Below are positions 42,375 to 53,680 of a DNA stretch of 64,000 bases, piece after piece (position 1 is the stretch's first letter; each line of letters opens with the position of its first letter). Origin of the DNA: Octopus sinensis. Lineage: Eukaryota. The notes below the pieces were generated by a model. The model was given only the letters and a program-made list of their open reading frames with translations, was not told the DNA's origin and did no database searches. Location: NCBI RefSeq assembly GCF_006345805.1, contig NC_043007.1, forward strand, positions 33,356,001 to 33,420,000. Reading direction: 5' to 3'. The position numbers and the translations under genes were made by a program.

Positions 42375-43035
42375 TTGACTTTTGAATATAGTTAAGAACA
42401 AGTCTAAGATAAAAAATTACCAGAATTGTTAGAGCATCTGAAGACTTGCCTTGTAGATTCTGTTCTGGTTCATTACATTTTAAGTTCTAATTCCACCTTA
42501 GTTGTCAATGGAATGGGCTTATCACCCAATTATTGAAACAACTCAACCAATTAACTCTCATGATACAATAAGCCTACAATCAGCCTTGACAAGCCATTAA
42601 TGTATCTACAACACCTGAATGGAAAAGATGTACATTTTGCTCTTTGCATTCTTCTGGCAGTGGAAGCACTTAGGTAACAATTAATAAGATTGATTATAAC
42701 CCTTGGCCTGAAATGTGTGACATTGCACCTATGTTAGTAAACATTATTAGTTTTAAGACTAAGGTGAAGAGCTAGCAGACTCATTAGCTTTCTGGATAAA
42801 ATGCCTAATGACATTTCTCCTGGCTCTTTCTCATCTGAATTCAAATGTTACTGAAGTTGACTTTGCCTTTCATCCTTTCAAACTTTATAAAATAAATATG
42901 GTTTGAGCACTGAGGGTTGATATAATTAACTTGCTCTTCCCCTAAAAATTGCTGGCCATATGACAAAATTAGAAGAAAGAATTATTGATAAGGGTAGGAT
43001 AGCAGTTTGGCAGAATTGTCAGAAGATAATTCTTT

Positions 43036-43272
43036 AAGGTGGTGAGCTGGTAGAATTCTTAGTGCGCCGGGTCAAATGCTTATCGGCATTTCGTCTGCCA
43101 TTACGTTTTGAGTTCAAATTCCACTGAGGTCGACTTTACCTTTCATCCTTTCGGGGTCGATTAAATAAGCATACCAGTTACGCACTGGAGCTGATGTAAT
43201 CGACTTAATCTCTTTGTCTGTCCTTGTTTGTCCCCTCTATGTTTAGCCCCTTGAGGGCAATAAAGAAATAAG
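43036..43272 (+). mobile_element. SINE family A
   Basis: Full-length match. Confidence 0.85.
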
Positions 43273-44460
43273 ATTTTTTTGGATTTACACAAGCAAAGTA
43301 GTAAATTGGGTACACACGATAGTATATTAAGGGTCCGTGAAAAAACTTTGCTTTAGATGTATTTAATGCAAGAAACAGCTAGGTTTCTTTCTCTAATGTT
43401 TTACATAGTTCAACCTACACAAGTCAATGTGTGAAAAACAAAATAGGAATTTTGAAAGAAGATTCTATAAAACTAGATTTTTAAATATTGAGATTTTTAA
43501 ATAGTAACGAAAGGGGTCCATAAATAAAAAAAATTAGTTAAGAACCACTGTTATAGACAAAAGAAATTGTGCTCAGTAAAGTGTATTCATGCATTCAAAG
43601 ATTTAAGGTGGTGATCGAAACATTAATTAAAATGAAATTTTGATGGAAAGTTTTAATTCAGATCACTTTTAAACATGAAATTTATAAGAACATTGTAGTT
43701 TGCTTGAAGCATCATAATACTGAAGAAGGTAAAATGACAGAATCTCAAAAAGCTTCTGACAAAGAGGAAAGTTTAATGAAATCTTTAGATTTCATCTTTG
43801 CACCTGAAATGTAGGTTTTATTAAACTTTCTGCAATGTCAGAAGCTTTCTATGAAATTTATATCATATATCCAGGTTGGGCTCAGGTGGTTTGGAATCAA
43901 AAAGGTTAAAAGTAAGGAAGAGGCAAAAGTTTTAAAATTGTGTGCGAAACTGCTGCTTTGGTACCTAGGCAGATCAATTCAGCTTCTGAATTAGAATGCA
44001 GTTGAAATCTATTTTATCTTTGTATGTGGAATAAAAGTACAGTGAAGTACGGTAAAGAGTGATAGTGTCGATGTAAATTGGTTGTATACCTTAGCTAAAT
44101 ATGTGTACCTTTGCGCTAATTACATAGACCTTAATTAATGGATGGTTCACAATGATACCTATTGTGTAACCCTTCAACACTTTGTCAAATTGTTGCCATG
44201 AATGTCAAACTGTTCCAATGAATCCAAGAAGTTGAGATAATTCTATAAATGAATTCTGCAAATGTTACAAAGCAATCAGCTTCTCTTCTATTCTCTTTCT
44301 CTCTTGCTCTCTCTCTCTCTCTTTTTCTCTCTCTCTCTCTCTATCTGTCTATCTGTCTGTCTGTCTCAACAAAGCTTCACTTCCTACTTCAAGCAAAAGG
44401 GAAGTGGTTGTCTGTTTCAACAGGCTTCTGTCTATATCAATGCATATAATATGTGTGTTC

Positions 44461-44521
<61 letters not shown>

Positions 44522-44891
44522 GCATGTATCTATATGTATATACATATGTGTGTATTTATAAATGTATGTGTGTCTGTATATACTTACATACAAGTGTATG
44601 TACATACACTAGTGAAAAGGAGAAGGTCCATACATCTACGGAGAACTAATGAGAAGCACTTTCACCTCTTGTACGCTGGCCATAAAATTTCATTTGTATC
44701 TGTTATCAAAGTTACTCTGGCCTATACAACAATATTTCTACACCATATAACTGAATGATAGTACAGTAAAAGTTTGGTAGGTAAACAGTGCAAGGATTAT
44801 CCATTTGGGGCCCCTAAGTATGCACAGAATTACATCTAGAAATGAAGTACAGGCATATACATAACATGGATATATGGAATCATCATCATCC

Positions 44892-44943
<52 letters not shown>

Positions 44944-45268
44944 TATCATCATGTAACGTCCGTTGTCCATGCTGGCATGGGTTGAACAGTTTGACCAGGG
45001 CTGGTAATCTTAGGGGCTGCACCAAACTCCAATCTGATTTGACATGGTTTCTATGGCTGGATGCCCTTCCTAATGCCAACCACTTCAAGATGGGACTGGC
45101 ATTGACCACATTCAGATGGTGTTTTTCATGTGCTACCAGCACGGGGACCACAACTACAATTTCCATTTGATTGTGATTTGATTTGATTTTGACTTGATGT
45201 ACTTGACTCAATAGGTCTCTTCAACCACGGCATGTTGCCCTACGATCCAAAGGTACTTTTTGAGAGGA

Positions 45269-45359
45269 CTGGTTATGCGACACTGGTGTAGGTTACAGCT
45301 GTGATCTCACTACTGTAACGAGATCACTGCTGTAACCTACACCAGTGTCACATAACCAG
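45269..45359. other. 91-nt hairpin with a 40-bp stem (38/40 paired) and an 11-nt loop
   Basis: CTGGTTATGCGACACTGGTGTAGGTTACAGCTGTGATCTC versus GAGATCACTGCTGTAACCTACACCAGTGTCACATAACCAG. Confidence 0.9.
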
Positions 45360-45415
45360 CCCACTATATATATATATATATATTTATATATCAGCAGCAG
45401 CAACAGAAGCAGCTG

Positions 45416-45463
<48 letters not shown>

Positions 45464-45699
45464 AATCATGATCAGTATATAATGTTGATTTTTTTTGCTG
45501 TCATGGATTGGACAGTTTGATAGGATCTGGTGAGCTATTGGACTGTGTTAAGCTCTGATGTCAGCTTCAGCATGGTTTCTTCAGCAAGATTCCCTTCCTA
45601 CTACCAATTACTTTACAGAATATACTGAGAGCTTTTTTGGTGCCACTGACACTAGCAAGACTGATATATATATACATATATATATATATATCGCCATGT

Positions 45700-45901
45700 T
45701 GATTCGTTAGCTACTGCACGCATTTTTTTTCTCTCCTTCTTTCTGTGTTTTTCTCTCTCTGTGTATCTTTCTGTTGAAGAGCGTAGGCTCGAAACGTTAA
45801 AGACTTGTTTTATTTATATTTCCTGAGCGCCATACTAATACAATTGTTCGTTTGTTTTCCACCTGCCTTCGTCTTTTGTTTATTTTCATAAAGCTTCCCG
45901 T
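45700..45901 (+). mobile_element. Same (TA)n-anchored family; minimal hammerhead-like motif at 45767-45802
   Basis: CTTT-CTGTTGA-A-GAGC GTAG GCTC-GAAAC-GTT-AAAG; the 3' end abuts (TA)n. Confidence 0.65.
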
Positions 45902-45924
45902 TATATATATATATATATATATAT

Positions 45925-46178
45925 ATATCATCACCATCATCATCTAATGTCCACTTTCCCTGCTGGCATAGGCTGGACAGTTTGACTGAGGACAGGCAAG
46001 CCAAGAAGCTGCACAAGGCTGCAATCTGATCTGGCAAGGTTTCTATAGCTGGAGGCCCTTCCTAATGCCAACCACTGTGAGATTGTAGTGGGTGCTTTTT
46101 ACATGCCACCGGCATAGGAGCCAGTCAGGTGGTACTGGCATCGACCACACTCAAATGGGTTTTTTTACGTGCCACCAA
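45925..46178 (-). mobile_element. Family C retroposon between two (TA)n tracts
   Basis: Conserved body match. Confidence 0.7.
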
Positions 46179-46194
46179 TATATATATATATATA

Positions 46195-46395
46195 AAGTTA
46201 ATCCAAACAAGAAAACACTAAAAAACACAACGCGAGGACGTGGAACAAAAATAGTATTATTGGACGCTCAGGAAAGAAGGGAAGAAGGAGGGTTTAACGT
46301 TTTGAGCGGAGCTTTTCGTCGGAAACACAGGAGAAGGAAAGATCCCAAGAAGGGAAGACAGAGGAAAAAAATCGCCAACGGTACACACGAGGTCA
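46195..46395 (-). mobile_element. Related (TA)n-anchored element, divergent subfamily; degenerate minimal hammerhead at 46292-46326
   Basis: Minus strand: GTTT-CCGACGA-A-AAGC TCC GCTC-AAAAC-GTT-AAAC. It shares the downstream TTCCTGAGCG motif with the plus-strand copies. Confidence 0.55.
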
Positions 46396-46474
46396 CATTA
46401 TCTAAACATAAATATGGAGAAGAAGCACACTCTAAGAAATAGAGCAGTCTATATTTTTTTCTTGGTGAAGGCTG

Positions 46475-46657
46475 GTTTATGGGGTTACCCTGGGTTTCCA
46501 GTCCATAAAGGGTTTAAGTTTATGACATATCATCAGACCCCAAGACTTGTTGAACAGGTCTTGGGAGTCTGATGATACACCATAGCTCTTGGGGTCTAAC
46601 GATACGCCATAAAGTTAAGCACTTTATGGACGGGAAACCTAGAGTAACCCCATAAAC
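46475..46657. mobile_element. Fold-back / MITE-like element
   Basis: About 36-bp imperfect TIRs (GTTTATGGGGTTAC.. / ..GTAACCCCATAAAC) and an inner hairpin at 46528-46577. Confidence 0.65.
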
Positions 46658-46794
46658 TGACTGCTTACCAACCACATGGTTCTGAGTTCAGTCCCACTGC
46701 ATATCACCTTGGGCAAGTGTCTTCTACTATAGCCTCGGGCTGACCAAAGTCTTGTGAGTGGATTTGGCAGACGGAAACTGAAAGAAGCTCGTCG

Positions 46795-46825
<31 letters not shown>

Positions 46826-47030
46826 CTGTGTTTGTCCCCCCAACATCGCTTGACAACCGATGCTGGTGTGTTTACGTCCCCGTAACTTAGCAGTTCGGTG
46901 AAAGAGACTGATAGAATAAGTACTAGGCTTACAAAGAGTAAGTCCTGGGGTTGATTTGCTTAACTAAAAGGTGGTGCTCCAGCATGGCCACAGTCAAATG
47001 AATGAAACAAGTAAAAGAGTAAACGAGTAA
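46658..47030 (+). mobile_element. SINE family B
   Basis: Near full-length match. Confidence 0.85.
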
Positions 47031-47190
47031 TATGTACTTTTTTTTACTTGTTGGTTACCCAGGCTACCATTGGTTTCATGTTAAGAGAAGTGTATCTCTT
47101 AACAATTTTCATGCAGCCCTATTGCATGGGATGTTGGTGTTCAACTCCATCTTGAATGAAAAAAGCAAAGCAAAGATATGTTTCACACAG

Positions 47191-47262
47191 GCTCTTCATA
47201 TTTGCATTTCGTTGCATATGCACTTCTGTAGACGTCTGTAAATATTTGCGAATATATTTTAG
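47191..47262 (+). CDS. Candidate 72-bp symmetric coding exon
   Basis: Acceptor tgtttcacacag|G and donor TAG|gtaagc; open frame LFIFAFRCICTSVDVCKYLRIYF. Confidence 0.4.
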
Positions 47263-47279
47263 GTAAGCATATAAAGTAA

Positions 47280-48150
47280 AACTGGATCAATAAATATCAG
47301 TTCATGAGTGTATAAATGTCCGTATATGAATGTGTGAGAGAGTGTGTGTGTATGTGCATGTGAGTGAGTATATGGTGGCTTGTGTTGGCTTTCTCTGGTG
47401 CATAACGCAAAACAAAGCAGTATGTATATATGTGTGTATGTGAGTATGCAAACACACACATGTCCGTTTTCTTAGTGTAATAAGCTAAAGTATGTAAAAC
47501 AAATCTATGTGGGTGAAGTAGTGTGCATGTGAATGTGTGTTTGTATGTCTGTGTGTTTATATATGTGTGTGTGTGTGTGTATGTATGTGCATATGTATTT
47601 ATATGTATGTATATGCATATGTATATCTGTGTGTGTATATATATGTATATACATGTTTATATATATGTATGTATTTGTATATATGTGCATGAGTGCATGT
47701 ATATGTATGTATATGCATATGTATAATATATATATATATATGTATGTGTGTGTATGTGAATATATATATGTGTGTGTGTGTGTGTGTGTATGCATGTATT
47801 TGTATGTATTACACACACACACACACCACACACACACACACACACATATACAATATTCATATGCAAAGGAATCCAAGTCATAGAAAATCATGTAATATAA
47901 TAGTCTTTACCTTAAAGGAAATCAATAAGCCTTCATGTGTGTGTGTGCTTATGCTTATTGTGTGTGTGTGTTTGAATATCTGTGCATCACTGCTTTAAGA
48001 TATTATGCAATCTTGCACACACACACACACACACACACATGCAAATACACCCATACGAGTATGGAGCATGTTTGCAGATATGTATTACTATATGTTCGCA
48101 TTCGTTTAAATGCCTGCACATACATACATATATATACATATATATATATA
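47280..48150. repeat. Compound (TG)/(TA)/(CA) low-complexity tract
   Basis: Direct reading. Confidence 0.9.
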
Positions 48151-48775
48151 TAGGCTTAGATATGATCATATGCCTATAATTGTTTTGTGCATTCATGAAT
48201 GAATACATGAGATTGAGTCTTAAGGAGACCACTTTGCAATCATAAGGTTTCAGATGAGATCCTACCGCAAAGTCTTTTGGGCATTTCCATATTTTTTTCC
48301 GCATAACCTCAGATAGACCGAATACTTACATTGTAATATATTGAGTAGACAGATTCTATAGAATGGACTCTACCTGAAATTGAATTGGTCAAGTCTTGTG
48401 ATTATTTGCTATGTCATGGTGACTCTGTCTGAGGAAGGCAGTGAATTTGCAGGCTTGTTAGAGTGATGGAAAGAATGCCATGCAATATTTGTTCTGAATC
48501 ACTGCACACTGAGTTCAAATTCTGTCAAGGTTAACTTTGCCCTTTATCCTTTTGAGTTGCTTTTAAAAAAAATGTACTAAAATTTTATTAATTCCTTTGG
48601 ACAGTCTCATCATATGTATATATGTGTGCATGTGCTTATATATATGTGTGTGTGTGTGTGTGTATATACATACACATGAATATATGTAAACATATAAACA
48701 AGTATATATGTTTATATACACACATATAAACAACTACATATGTATATATATACAAGTATATATATATATATATAT

Positions 48776-49112
48776 CTGACCCCCTTCGGTCATGAATGAC
48801 CATGGGATTGCGCCTAGAAAGTTACCCTCCTAGACACAAGTCCGGGCAAGGTTGTTTTATGGAAGGCCAGCAGTCGCCCATGCATACCAGCCTCCCCTCT
48901 CCACGCCACCAGTGTTATCCAAGGGAAAGACAAAGGTCGATACAGCTTGGCACCAGTGACGTCGCAACTCATTTCTACAGCTGAGTGAACTGGAGCAACG
49001 TGGAATAAAGTGCCTTGCTCGAGAACACAACACGCAGCCCGGTCCGGGATTCGAGCTCACAGCCTCACGATCGTAACCTCGACGCTCTAACCACTGAGCC
49101 ATGCGCCTTCAC
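48776..49112 (-). mobile_element. SINE family D (tail Y), full length
   Basis: Minus strand: GGCGCATGGCTCAGTGGTTAGAGC..GCTCGAATCCC head, CORE-like centre and a distinct 3' tail. Confidence 0.8.
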
Positions 49113-49117
49113 ATATA

Positions 49118-49154
49118 TAACAAAATCCACTCACAAGACAATATATATATATTG

Positions 49155-49204
<50 letters not shown>

Positions 49205-49241
49205 CAATATATATATATTGTCTTGTGAGTGGATTTTGTTA
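49118..49241. repeat. Perfect 124-bp palindrome centred on an (AT)n tract
   Basis: 49119-49158 is the exact reverse complement of 49201-49240, and the centre is pure AT dinucleotide. Confidence 0.95.
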
Positions 49242-49498
49242 ATGGAAACTGAAAGAAGCCTGTCGTATATGTGTGTGTGTGTCTATGTTTGTGTGCCTGT
49301 ATTTGTCCCCCCGACATCACTTGACAACTGATGCTGGTGTGTTTACGTCCCCATAACTTAGCGGTTCAGCAAAAGAGACCAATAGAATAAGTACTAGACT
49401 TACAAAGAATAAGTCCTGGGGTCGATTTGCTTGACTTAAGGCGGTGCTCCAGCATGGCCACAGGCAAATGACTAAAACAAGTAAAAGAGTAAAAGAAT
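49220..49498 (+). mobile_element. SINE family B, 3' portion, joined to a perfect palindrome
   Basis: Begins at TTGTGAGTGGATTT; body and tail match the consensus. Confidence 0.8.
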
Positions 49499-49771
49499 AT
49501 ATTTTTATAATTAAATATTATTAGATATTCTATAAAAAACTGCTAAAATATTTTGTGTATTGTAGAAGTATAAGCGATTTATTGCTTATATAGAACTGTA
49601 TAAGCAATTTATTGCCAATAAATTTTAACAGCAAAATCCTACACAGACCCCCTAAGGACCATATGGACCCTAGTTGTGAGCCACTGATCTACATGAATGG
49701 TACAACAGAAAATAAAGCTTCTTCTCTGCTTGAAAATCTACATCGATGGTGCAACTAACGGAGGCTGTTCT

Positions 49772-50227
49772 CTGTCCAAGTATCAACATGACCGGAGGAT
49801 CCAATCAAGGCTCTCCTCTGCCTGAGGATCTACATGAATGGCGTATGTGGAACAGTCTGCCATTTGTACTATAATTCAATAAGTAGTCAGTGTCCTATTT
49901 ATTAAATGAAGAAAATATTTAATAAATAGGACACTGTCCAAGTATCAACATGACCTGAGCAACCAATCAAGGCTCTCTTCTGCCTGAGGATCTACATGAA
50001 TGGCATATGTGGAACAGTCTGCCATTTGTACAATAATTCAATAAGTAGTCAGTGTCCTATTTATTAAATGAAGAAAATATTTAATAAATAGGACACTGTC
50101 CAAGTATCAACATGACCTGAGCAACCAATCAAGGCTCTCCTCTGCCTGAGGATCTACATGAATGGCATATGTGGAACAGTCTGCCATTTGTACTATAATT
50201 CAATAAGTAGTCAGTGTCCTATTTATT
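49772..50227. repeat. 162-bp tandem repeat, about 2.8 copies, with a perfect 20-bp hairpin in the complete units
   Basis: GATC at 49827, 49989 and 50151; stem CAGTGTCCTATTTATTAAAT / ATTTAATAAATAGGACACTG. Confidence 0.95.
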
Positions 50228-50938
50228 AGATAAAAATAATATTCATCCCTCACACAGACTGAGATCCATTTACTTTTTCTTGTTTTATGTGTGCTAAGTG
50301 TATTTACGTCTACCAAACTATCGCAGTGCATTAAGCAAAGCGGTTAAGGAGAAACAAAATTGTAGATTTTGTTTTAAGCTGTCATTCTAGGGTAAATATA
50401 GAAACATCAATCAGGGATGCTGACAAAAATCACCAGACAACATTGTGCAGAGATGTATGGCTGGCTTACTGGCTGGTTGAATGGTTGTAATTCAAGTCAT
50501 CTGCAGAATGGTATTGCTGTTATTGTTGTTAGTGGTGGTCATAGTTGTGATGGTGGTGGTAGTATTTTCTTTTAAAGCTAATTATTTTTGTTGTTTTTAG
50601 TGTATCCCCATCAGCTCCAGTCAAGCAGAAGTATGCTACATAGTTGTCTTATAGACTGTTGACATTGTAGATACCCTTCATAGCTTATTTATAGTTTGTG
50701 TCTCACATTTTGTGGTTGTTGTAGTAGTTGTTGTTATTTTTAGCCATCGGGATAGGTCTGCTGCAAGAAATTTAAAACTCGATTCCCTGTATGATCTACT
50801 TAAGCCACAGGTGTAGTCATAGCTCTCTGATCAAGAAATTTGCTTTGTAACCACATGGTTTTAGGTTTAGCTCAAGTGCACAGTGCCATGGACAAATATC
50901 TTTTACAGGCTTCCTCACAGTTGCAATCACTAGACATT

Positions 50939-51241
50939 AGTTGTTTGTTTGTTTGAGCTACGCCTGGCTCATAAGGGCTGGTTTCCTGGTTTCCTTGGCG
51001 TATAGATTCCCCACCTGGATGGGACGTTGGTCTGTCGCTGGTGAGCTGCTAGATGCAGGAGGAAAGAGCGAGAGAAAGTTGTGGTGAAAGAGTCAGCAGA
51101 AGTTCACCATTACCTTCTGCTGGAACCGCGTGGAGCTTAGGTGCTTCGCTCATAAACACACACATCGCCCAGTCTGAGATTTGAACCCAAGATCCCTCGA
51201 CCGTGAGTCCACTGCTCTAACCACTAGGCCATGTGCCTCCA
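50939..51241 (-). mobile_element. tRNA-derived SINE, family D-type head, different centre, tail X, (CAAA)n end
   Basis: Head TGGCCTAGTGGTTAGAGC..GGTTCAAATC; tail shared with 1633-1890. Confidence 0.75.
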
Positions 51242-52534
51242 GATATTAGTTGGCTCAGGGCTATAATGGTAAACGCTGACCCAAAATTCTGTGCAGTGGG
51301 ACTGAGCCCAAATCTATAAGATTGTGAAGTGAGCTTCTTCTCCACAGAGAAACCCCCGTCAAGCTTATCCCCACATCTCATTCCCTAACACTCATCACTT
51401 CTTTATCTCTGGTATTGATCAGTTAACATAATCATCTGAAAGCAGAACAAGCATGAAATATATCTCCTCCCTTTTGTTATCTTTCCGATTTTCCACCCCC
51501 ACCCCACTGCACCAGAACCACTTCCATTCCTCATTATCTTTTTCCAGCCATGTTCTCTCCTCTCTGCTATACTCCATCTTAACCCCTCCTTTATCCCCTA
51601 TCACTCCCAGTGCTCTCACATACCTAACATATCTTCTCTCTCTGAGCCACTCCTATATCTCTCACCTTCAGTCATTTGATTACCTGTCACATTTATCTCA
51701 TCTAACCATCTTCTCAGGTATTCTTATGGAACTTACCCTCTTTCTCCCAGTTCAATCTTCCGTAACACTTTACCTATATTCATCCAACTCTGTACCTTAA
51801 GGATATGTCTTGACACATTTCCACCACCACCTATCACTCCCCCTTCTCACTCTCCTTCTCTCTTTCTTACCCTTCTTCTCCAATTGGGATATCTCTTCTA
51901 TGGCAAGACACCTATCTCTATCCCTCTATTATTCCTTTAACCTCTCATCAACTGGCGTGCGGCTGTCTTCCTTAGTACTACTCCCTGCTCCTGGTCTAGA
52001 CGACTTTGTCTGGTCTTACAAGTTACTTGGTAACCCCACTGTTGCTGGTACTGTGAAAAAGTCCCCAGTACACTCTGTAAAGTGATTAGTATTAGCAAGG
52101 ACATTCAGCCATAGAAACCAAACCAAAATGGCTGGGCACAGACTTCAGGCTTGCCAGCATCTGTCAAACCACTCAACCTATGCCAGCATGGAAAGCAGAT
52201 GTTAAATGATGATAATGATGATGATGATATATCACATGGTAATATAGATGCATGTGTGTGTGTGTGTGTGTGTGCGTGCGTGGATGCGTACGTGTGAGTG
52301 TGTATGCATGCATGCATGTGTGGCTTTGTCTCTCACTGCCTGACAACCATCATTGGATTATTTATGTCACTGTAACTTAGTGGTTTGGCAAAATGTGGTC
52401 GACATAAATACTGAAATAAATACTGAGAGTTGATTTGATTGACTTAACTCTTTAAAGCAGTACTCCAGCATGACCACAGTCTCATGACTGAAACAAGTAA
52501 AACAAAAGAAAAAGAAAGCAATAAAAGAATAGTG

Positions 52535-52573
<39 letters not shown>

Positions 52574-52574
<1 letters not shown>

Positions 52575-53554
52575 CGGCAAATATGTGACCCGCAGCAAAC
52601 AAGCTGATGTTGACCAGAAGCAAACCACGGCAAATATGTGACCCGCAGCAAACAAGCTGATGTTGACCAGAAGCAAACCCATCAGTGGCTACGGAGCTCA
52701 GGGCTAAAAGCAGAGAGCGAAGGTTTCATCCTGGCTGCTCAAGATCAAAGCCTATTAACCCGGAACTACCAGGCCAATGTGATGAAAAATGGAGCAGACC
52801 CAAAATGCTGATTCTGCAACGACATGATTGAAACAGTGGACCACCTAATCTCTGGATGTAAAGTCTTAGCACCAGTGGAGTATAAATTAAGACATGACAG
52901 AGTTGGCCAATATCTCCACTGGCTAATAAGTCGGCATTACAATATCAAAACTGCCGACAAGTGGTATAATCACCACCCTGAGGCTGTAACTGAAGGAGAA
53001 AATGTAACCATTCTGTGGGACTTTCCAGTACATACAGACCGAACCATCAAGGCCAATAAACCAGATATTGTTGTGAAAGACCAAAACAATAAAGTTTGCT
53101 TATTGATCGACATGAGCATCCCCTGTGATCATAATATCTCAGCGAAAGAGTTTGACAAGCTCAGAAAATATAAAGACCTACTCATTGAAATTGAGAAAAT
53201 GTGGCATCTCAAGGCGGTTACAATACCAGTGATCGTAGGAGCACTAGGAATGATCAACAAGGGAACCGAAAATTATATGAGAATGATCCCTGGCTTACCA
53301 TCCCTGCAAGAAGTGCAAAAGATTGTCTTAACTGGTACATCACACGTATTGAGAAGAGCATTGTTGATGTGAGAACTGTTGCTGCTCATGTATTTTAATT
53401 TAACTTTAAAAAGGAAAAAAAAAAAGAAAAAAACGAACGAACTACTGAGTTTGGTTTAATGGCCTACCAATGTATACTATGAGTTTCTTTGCCCTAGGAG
53501 TCGGGAAGACACTCGGCAAGAAATGAAAGCAAATTTGAAAGAAGAAAAAAAAAG
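52574..53554 (+). mobile_element. 5'-truncated R4/Dong-type non-LTR retrotransposon inserted in a (TAA)n microsatellite
   Basis: (TAA)11 at 52541-52573 and (TAA)7 at 53555-53575 flank a C-terminal ORF fragment and a 3' UTR ending in an A-rich tail. Confidence 0.88.
52626..53372 (+). pseudogene. C-terminal part of the R4/Dong ORF: CCHC zinc knuckle and restriction-like endonuclease
   Basis: HGKYV...WLRSSGLKAESEGFILAAQDQSLLTRNY...KC*FCNDMIETVDHLISGC...RHDRV...ILWDF...KPDIVV..DMSIP...K.RKY. One in-frame TGA at 52809-52811. Confidence 0.9.
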
Positions 53555-53576
53555 TAATAATAATAATAATAATAAT

Positions 53577-53645
53577 ATGAGGGAATCTTATTCCAAACTT
53601 ATAGGGAAAAATTCAATTTAGAAATACTAAATCAAATTTCACAAA

Positions 53646-53680
<35 letters not shown>

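Noticed and set aside
48330-48373. Minus-strand 44-bp exon (ttcag|GT AGA GTC..AAT|gtaagt, RVHSIESVYSIYYN)
   Set aside because: Good splice signals but too short to support alone, and opposite to the plus-strand candidates; needs RNA-seq.
49822-49860. Hammerhead in the 162-bp repeat (CTGAGGA followed by a stem)
   Set aside because: The stem is followed by GAAC rather than GAAA, and no stem I partner exists.
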